From: Kineococcus radiotolerans SRS30216 = ATCC BAA-149
Lineage (GTDB): Bacteria > Actinomycetota > Actinomycetes > Actinomycetales > Kineococcaceae
Assembly: GCF_000017305.1 (NCBI RefSeq)
Contig: NC_009664.2
Location: forward strand, 3,930,001 to 3,962,000
Length of the DNA: 32,000 nt
Direction of reading: 5' to 3'
Below, one piece after another: positions 27,473-32,000 of this stretch (within the stretch, counting starts at the first letter, position 1; the number at the start of each line of letters is the position of its first letter). Below the pieces are notes generated by a model. That model was not told the DNA's origin. It saw nothing but the letters and a program-made list of their open reading frames with translations, and ran no database searches. The translations under genes were made by a program, and so were the position numbers.

Positions 27473-28159
27473 TCATCCCACCCGCAGCCCGAGGTGCCCG
27501 GCCAGCTGCGGGGCCAGCTGCAGGAGCTGGACCTCGCTGACGCGCGCACCGCGCAGCGAGCCGACGCCGCTGAGGGCCTCGAAGGCGGCCCCGGTCAGGT
27601 CGGCGCCGTCGAGGCGGGCGGAGGTCACGTCCAGGTGCCCCACCCGGCAGTCCTCGAACCGCACCCGGGTCAGGGCGGCGCCGGAGAGGTCGACCTCGCG
27701 CAGGTCGCAGCCGCTGAACGTCACGTCGTGCAGCTGCGCCCCGCGCAGGTCCACGAAGTCGAAGCGGCCCCCGCGCACCGCGACCCGCGCCCACCGCGCC
27801 CCCGACAGGTCCAGCGCCCCCACCCGGCAGTCCTCGACGACGACGTCCTGCCACGTGCCGGCGCGCCACGGGGCCTCGGCCGCCGCCACCGCCGCCAGCC
27901 GCACGTCGACGAGGCGGGCCCCGGCCAGGGCGAGGCCGTCGGCACGGACCTCGCTCAGCACGCAGCCCAGGAACCGCGCGTCCCGCGCGTCGACGCCGGA
28001 GAGGTCACCGCCGGCGGCCCCGCCGAACAGCAGCCCGTCGTGGGTGGCCGCGGCGCGCGGCGGGACCGCCGCGGGTTCCAGCCCGCCCTCGTCGGCGGAC
28101 AGGTCCGGCCGGGGCGGCGCGGGGGTGTCCCGGCGGGCGCGGGCGCTCTCCTCCGTCAC
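27473..28159 (-). CDS. pentapeptide repeat-containing protein, MfpA-like
   Basis: Consecutive A(D/N)LXX-type pentapeptides are present (LSGVDARDARFLGCVLSEVRADGLALAGARL..., VDLRGAQLHDVTFSGCDLREVDLSGAALTRVRFEDCRV). The C-terminal tail SLRGARVSEVQLLQLAPQLAGHLGL resembles the MfpA C-terminus. Start is GTG 28159 or TTG 28234. Confidence 0.8.
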   Translation of the reverse strand: MTEESARARRDTPAPPRPDLSADEGGLEPAAVPPRAAATHDGLLFGGAAGGDLSGVDARDARFLGCVLSEVRADGLALAGARLVDVRLAAVAAAEAPWRAGTWQDVVVEDCRVGALDLSGARWARVAVRGGRFDFVDLRGAQLHDVTFSGCDLREVDLSGAALTRVRFEDCRVGHLDVTSARLDGADLTGAAFEALSGVGSLRGARVSEVQLLQLAPQLAGHLGLRVG

Positions 28160-28352
28160 GGCGCCACTGTGCCCGAGCGCGCGCCGCGGCGGGAACGCGG
28201 CCCGCGGCCGGGCCCGGCTCCCCGTACGGCGCAACGAGGTTCACCCGTTGGCCACGCCGAGCACGGTTCAGGTCCCACCGCGGGCGGTCGATCACCTAGG
28301 GGTACGACACCGGACCGCGGATCGGCCGCGTCCACGAACGGAAGGACCAGAC

Positions 28353-28721
28353 GTGACCAACGTCGACGCGACCCTGAAGGCCTGCCTCGAGATCGACGGC
28401 GCCACCGCCGCGGCCCTCGTCGACTACGAGTCGGGCATGTCGCTCGGCCAGGTCGGGGGCGGCGCCCTCGACCTCGACGTCGCCGCCGCCGGCAACACCG
28501 ACGTCGTGCGCGCCAAGCTGCGCACCATGCAGCGCCTGGGCCTGTCCGAGCAGATCGAGGACATCCTCATCACCCTCGGCACCCAGATCCACCTGATCCG
28601 CCTCATCCAGTCCCAGTCCGGCCAGGGCCTCTTCCTGTACCTGGTCCTCAAGAAGGACTCCTCGAACCTCGCCATGGCGCGCCGCCAGCTGACGATCCTC
28701 GAGCGCGACCTCGCCATCTGA
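28353..28721 (+). CDS. small Roadblock/LC7-like (MglB-fold) protein, divergent
   Basis: GTG at 28353 follows ggaagga. The 122-aa protein fits the helix-strand-strand-helix-strand-strand-strand-helix Roadblock pattern: IDGATAAALVDYESGMSLG, a long central helix, ILITLGTQIHLIRLI, LFLYLVL, and a terminal helix NLAMARRQL. Confidence 0.6.
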   Translation: MTNVDATLKACLEIDGATAAALVDYESGMSLGQVGGGALDLDVAAAGNTDVVRAKLRTMQRLGLSEQIEDILITLGTQIHLIRLIQSQSGQGLFLYLVLKKDSSNLAMARRQLTILERDLAI

Positions 28722-28845
28722 GACCACCCGCACCACCGCACCACCCGTCGGCGGTCGGGCGGGCCCCCGGGCCCCGCCCGCCCGCCGTCGCGCACCGCAC
28801 CCCGAGACCCCCGCGACCCGGCGCCGACGCGCCCGGAGGAGCCCC

Positions 28846-29448
28846 GTGAGCAGGCCACCCCGCAAGATCGTCGTGACCGGGCCCTTCGGGGCGGGCAAGA
28901 CGACGTTCGCGGCCACCGTCACCGCCGGCCTGGCCGGGGGGACCCTGGTCACCACCGAGACCGGCGTCAGCGACGCGACCGCGGCGCTCAAGGGCTCCAC
29001 GACCGTCGCGATGGACCACACCACCGTCACGGTGCCCGCCGCGCCCGGCGCCGCGTGGACCGAGGCGAGGGTCAACCTCTTCGGCACCCCCGGCCAGCAG
29101 CGCTTCGCCTTCGTGTGGGAGCTGCTCGCCCAGAACATGGACGGCTACCTCGTCCTCGTCGACGCCAGCCGCCCCGCCGGCGTCACCGAGGCCGCCGGGA
29201 TCGTCGCCACCTTCCAGCGCATCGCCCCCACCGCCCCCCGCCTCGTCGCGGTCAGCCGGTGGGCCGACCCGGCCGGCACCCGCGGCCGGCTCGCCCAGCT
29301 CCTGGGCACCTCCCCCTCGGCCCTGGTCCCCTGCGACCCGCGCGACCTCGCCCAGTGCACCGCCGTCCTGCGGGTCCTGCTCGACGGGGTCCACGTGCTG
29401 GAGGACCGCCGGGCCGGCACGACCACCACGGACGGAGTCCCAGCATGA
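28846..29448 (+). CDS. small Ras-like GTPase of the CvnD/MfpB (conservon ATP/GTP-binding protein) family
   Basis: A strong SD ggagga lies 5 nt before the GTG. Motifs are P-loop KIVVTGPFGAGKTT, switch I TTVAMD, and switch II LFGTPGQQRFAFVWELL followed by YLVLVD. These are the blocks I recognise from CvnD-type proteins. Confidence 0.8.
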   Translation: MSRPPRKIVVTGPFGAGKTTFAATVTAGLAGGTLVTTETGVSDATAALKGSTTVAMDHTTVTVPAAPGAAWTEARVNLFGTPGQQRFAFVWELLAQNMDGYLVLVDASRPAGVTEAAGIVATFQRIAPTAPRLVAVSRWADPAGTRGRLAQLLGTSPSALVPCDPRDLAQCTAVLRVLLDGVHVLEDRRAGTTTTDGVPA

Positions 29449-29837
29449 TCGTGAAGCAGCACGCGATCCGCGCCGGCACCACCCTCAGGCGCGACATCCC
29501 CGGCGTCCAGCGCGTCCTCGTCGCCCGCACCGACGGCCTCGCCTTCCACGACGACGGCCCCGAGCGCGACCACGAGTCCACCGCGGCGGTCGTGGCCACC
29601 GTCCTCGGCATCGCCCAGCGCGCCGCCGCCGACAACGCCCTCGGCCCCTTCCTGCTCACCACGGTCAAGGGCGCCGACGGGTGCCTCGCCGTCTACGCCG
29701 TCGGCGCCACCCACGTGCTCGCCGTCGTCACCGACCCCTCGGTGAACCTCGTCCTGCTCGACCGCCTCGCGCTGCGCCTGGTGGCCGAGCTGGCCGGGGC
29801 CGAGACCGGCGCGCCGTCCGTCGCCCGCGCGCGCTGA
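29445..29837 (+). CDS. Roadblock/LC7 domain protein (CvnB/MfpD/MglB-like)
   Basis: The ATG overlaps the GTPase stop (ATGA). IPGVQRVLVARTDGLAF, a central helix AAVVATVLGIAQRAA, and CLAVYAVGATHVLAVVTD fit the Roadblock pattern. Confidence 0.7.
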   Translation: MIVKQHAIRAGTTLRRDIPGVQRVLVARTDGLAFHDDGPERDHESTAAVVATVLGIAQRAAADNALGPFLLTTVKGADGCLAVYAVGATHVLAVVTDPSVNLVLLDRLALRLVAELAGAETGAPSVARAR

Positions 29838-29860
29838 AGCCGTCGCGGACCCCGCCGTAG

Positions 29861-29894
29861 GATCGTCGGTGCGCACTCCCGCGCACTGACGATC
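29861..29894 (+). terminator. 14-bp stem / 6-nt loop hairpin between the Roadblock gene and aspS (terminator or aspS operator/leader element)
   Basis: gatcgtcggtgcgc actccc gcgcactgacgatc has one G-U position. It starts 24 nt after the Roadblock stop and ends 13 nt before the aspS GTG. It overlaps a TAGGAT hexamer at 29858-29863. Confidence 0.45.
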
Positions 29895-29907
29895 GAAGGG
29901 ACCCCCC

Positions 29908-31704
29908 GTGCTCCGCACCCACGAGGCCGGCAGCCTGCGCGCCGACCACGCCGGACAGACCGTGACACTCACCGGCTGGGTGGCGCGTCGACGGGACCAC
30001 GGGGGAGTGGCCTTCCTGGACCTGCGCGACGCCTCCGGCGTCGTGCAGGTCGTCGCCCGCGACGAGATCCTCGACGCCGGGGGCGCGCGCGAGCTGCGCA
30101 ACGAGTACTGCATCCGCATCACCGGCGACGTCCGGCTGCGGCCGGAGGGCAACGACAACGCCAACATCCCCACCGGTGCGGTCGAGGTCGACACCACCGC
30201 GCTGGAGGTCCTCTCCGAGGCCGCGCCGCTGCCCTTCCAGATCGACGACCACCTCAACGTCGGCGAGGAGGCGCGGCTGAAGCACCGCTACCTCGACCTG
30301 CGCCGCACCGGCCCGGCGAACGCGCTGAAGCTGCGCTCGGCGGCCAACCGCGCCGCCCGCGCGGTGCTCGAGGAGCACGCGTTCACCGAGATCGAGACCC
30401 CGACGCTGACCCGCTCCACCCCCGAGGGCGCCCGCGACTTCCTCGTCCCCGCCCGCCTCGCGCCCGGCTCCTGGTACGCGCTGCCGCAGAGCCCGCAGCT
30501 GTTCAAGCAGCTGCTCATGGTGGCCGGCATGGAGCGCTACTACCAGCTCGCCCGCTGCTACCGCGACGAGGACTTCCGCGCCGACCGGCAGCCGGAGTTC
30601 ACCCAGCTCGACATCGAGATGAGCTTCGTCGAGCAGGACGACGTCATCGCCCTGGGCGAGCAGATCGTCGCCGCGCTGTGGAAGCTCATCGGCCACGACG
30701 TGCCGCTGCCGCTGCCGCGCATGACCTACGAGGAGGCCATGCGCCGCTACGGCTCCGACAAGCCCGACCTGCGCTTCGGCCTCGAGCTCGTCGAGTGCGC
30801 CGGGTTCTTCGCCGACACCACCTTCCGGGTGTTCCAGGCCCCCTACGTCGGGGCCGTCGTCATGCCCGGCGGGGCCTCCCAGCCCCGCAAGACGCTCGAC
30901 GCGTGGCAGGAGTGGGCCAAGCAGCGCGGCGCCCGCGGCCTGGCCTACGTCCTCGTCGGCCAGGACGGGGAGCTCTCCGGCCCCGTGGCGAAGAACCTCT
31001 CCGACACCGAGCGGGCCGGTCTGGCCGCCCACGTCGGCGCGAACCCCGGCGACTGCATCTTCTTCGCCGCCGGAGCGGTGAACCCCTCCCGCGCCCTGCT
31101 CGGCGCCGCCCGCGCCGAGATCGCCCGCCGCACCGGCGCGATCGACGAGAGCGCCTGGTCGTTCCTCTGGGTCGTCGACGCCCCCATGTTCAAGTCCGCG
31201 GCCGAGGACGACGACGTGTCCATCGGCGAGGGGAGCTGGAACGCCGTCCACCACGCGTTCACCGCCCCCAAGCCCGAGGTCGTCGACACCTTCGACACCG
31301 ACCCCGGTTCGGCGCTGTCCAACGCCTACGACATCGTCTGCAACGGCAACGAGATCGGCGGCGGCTCCATCCGCATCCACCGCCGCGACGTCCAGGAGCG
31401 CGTCTTCGCGGTCATGGGCATCTCCGAGGCCGACGCGCGGGAGAAGTTCGGGTTCCTCCTCGACGCGTTCTCCTTCGGCGCCCCCCCGCACGGCGGGATC
31501 GCCTTCGGCTGGGACCGCGTCGTCGCCCTGCTCGCCGGGGTCGACTCCATCCGCGAGGTCATCGCCTTCCCCAAGTCCGGCGGCGGCTACGACCCGCTGA
31601 CCGCCGCGCCCGCGCCCATCACCGCGCAGCAGCGCAAGGAGGCCGGGGTCGACGCGAAGCCGGAGACGAAGAAGGCCGCCGCCGGAGAACCCGCCGGGGC
31701 GTGA
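29908..31704 (+). CDS. aspS: aspartate--tRNA ligase
   Basis: It has the OB-fold N-terminus ([19 protein letters not shown]), class II motifs ([56 protein letters not shown]) and a bacterial-type insertion domain. Confidence 0.95.
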   Translation: MLRTHEAGSLRADHAGQTVTLTGWVARRRDHGGVAFLDLRDASGVVQVVARDEILDAGGARELRNEYCIRITGDVRLRPEGNDNANIPTGAVEVDTTALEVLSEAAPLPFQIDDHLNVGEEARLKHRYLDLRRTGPANALKLRSAANRAARAVLEEHAFTEIETPTLTRSTPEGARDFLVPARLAPGSWYALPQSPQLFKQLLMVAGMERYYQLARCYRDEDFRADRQPEFTQLDIEMSFVEQDDVIALGEQIVAALWKLIGHDVPLPLPRMTYEEAMRRYGSDKPDLRFGLELVECAGFFADTTFRVFQAPYVGAVVMPGGASQPRKTLDAWQEWAKQRGARGLAYVLVGQDGELSGPVAKNLSDTERAGLAAHVGANPGDCIFFAAGAVNPSRALLGAARAEIARRTGAIDESAWSFLWVVDAPMFKSAAEDDDVSIGEGSWNAVHHAFTAPKPEVVDTFDTDPGSALSNAYDIVCNGNEIGGGSIRIHRRDVQERVFAVMGISEADAREKFGFLLDAFSFGAPPHGGIAFGWDRVVALLAGVDSIREVIAFPKSGGGYDPLTAAPAPITAQQRKEAGVDAKPETKKAAAGEPAGA

Positions 31705-32000
31705 GCCGCGCCGCGCTGGGCTGCGCCGTCGCGTTCGCGGCGCTCGCGGTCCTCGTGACCACGGGCGCCACGGCGCGCGCGGACGCGGCCCTGTCCGCGG
31801 CGGCGGTGGACGCGGCCCGCGCCCACCCGGGGCCGACCCGCCTGGCCCAGCTGGTGGAGGCGGTGACCCAGCCCGTCTGGGTGTACCTGCTGGGCCTGGC
31901 CGGGGTCGTCGCGGTGTGGCGGCGGGGGCGACGCCGGCACGCCCGGGCCGCGCTGCTGGCCGGGGCGCTGGCCGCCCTCGCCTCCCCCGCCCTCAAGGCC
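31701..32000 (+). CDS. membrane protein, possibly PAP2-family phosphatase, N-terminal part (3' end outside window)
   Basis: The GTG overlaps the aspS stop (GTGA). The frame stays open to the window edge with high GC3. It has signal/TM-like [11 protein letters not shown], a second [15 protein letters not shown], and then SPALKA, which could begin a PAP2 KX6RP motif. It is absent from the supplied ORF track because no stop lies in the window. Confidence 0.45.
   Translation, partial: MSRAALGCAVAFAALAVLVTTGATARADAALSAAAVDAARAHPGPTRLAQLVEAVTQPVWVYLLGLAGVVAVWRRGRRRHARAALLAGALAALASPALKA

Noticed and set aside
28722-28845. Missing DUF742 (CvnC-like) gene or remnant between the first Roadblock-like gene and the GTPase
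   Set aside because: The gap is only 124 nt, with no ORF of useful length in any frame. A highly degraded remnant cannot be excluded without a translated similarity search.

Overview
This is a very GC-rich segment (about 70-75% by eye), evidently from an actinobacterial chromosome. Most of it is a conserved housekeeping block. From memory, the gene order resembles Streptomyces coelicolor around SCO1513-1541 and M. tuberculosis Rv2572c-Rv2614c. The order is: a tRNA Val-Cys-Gly cluster, ssgB, a PGPGW membrane protein, tRNA-Val, thrS, a HIT/Ap4A-phosphorylase-like gene, the phosphatidylinositol-mannoside starter genes (pgsA, patA-like acyltransferase, pimA), pdxS, a NUDIX gene, pdxT, yebC, ruvC, ruvA, ruvB, yajC, secD, secF, apt, rel, a DUF349 gene, an MBL-fold hydrolase and aspS. 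Non-core genes interrupt this backbone: an amidohydrolase and GT4 glycosyltransferase pair at the left end, a MOSC protein, a dienelactone hydrolase wedged convergently between ruvC and ruvAB, and an orphan AbiEi-like ORF after rel. The most interesting interruption lies at 27.5-29.8 kb. There an MfpA-like pentapeptide-repeat gene is divergently paired with a three-gene module: a Roadblock-like protein, a CvnD/MfpB-type small GTPase and a Roadblock/LC7 protein. It looks like a stripped-down conservon with no sensor kinase and no DUF742 component. Smaller signals include a LexA (Cheo-type) SOS box in front of ruvA, strong hairpins after the tRNA operon, after ssgB and before aspS, apparently leaderless divergent promoters between DUF349 and the MBL hydrolase, and in-frame tandem repeats inside secD. 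The very long Arg/Pro/Gly-rich ORFs antisense or out of frame to these genes are treated as high-GC artefacts. All calls come from reading motifs by eye. No database search was run.
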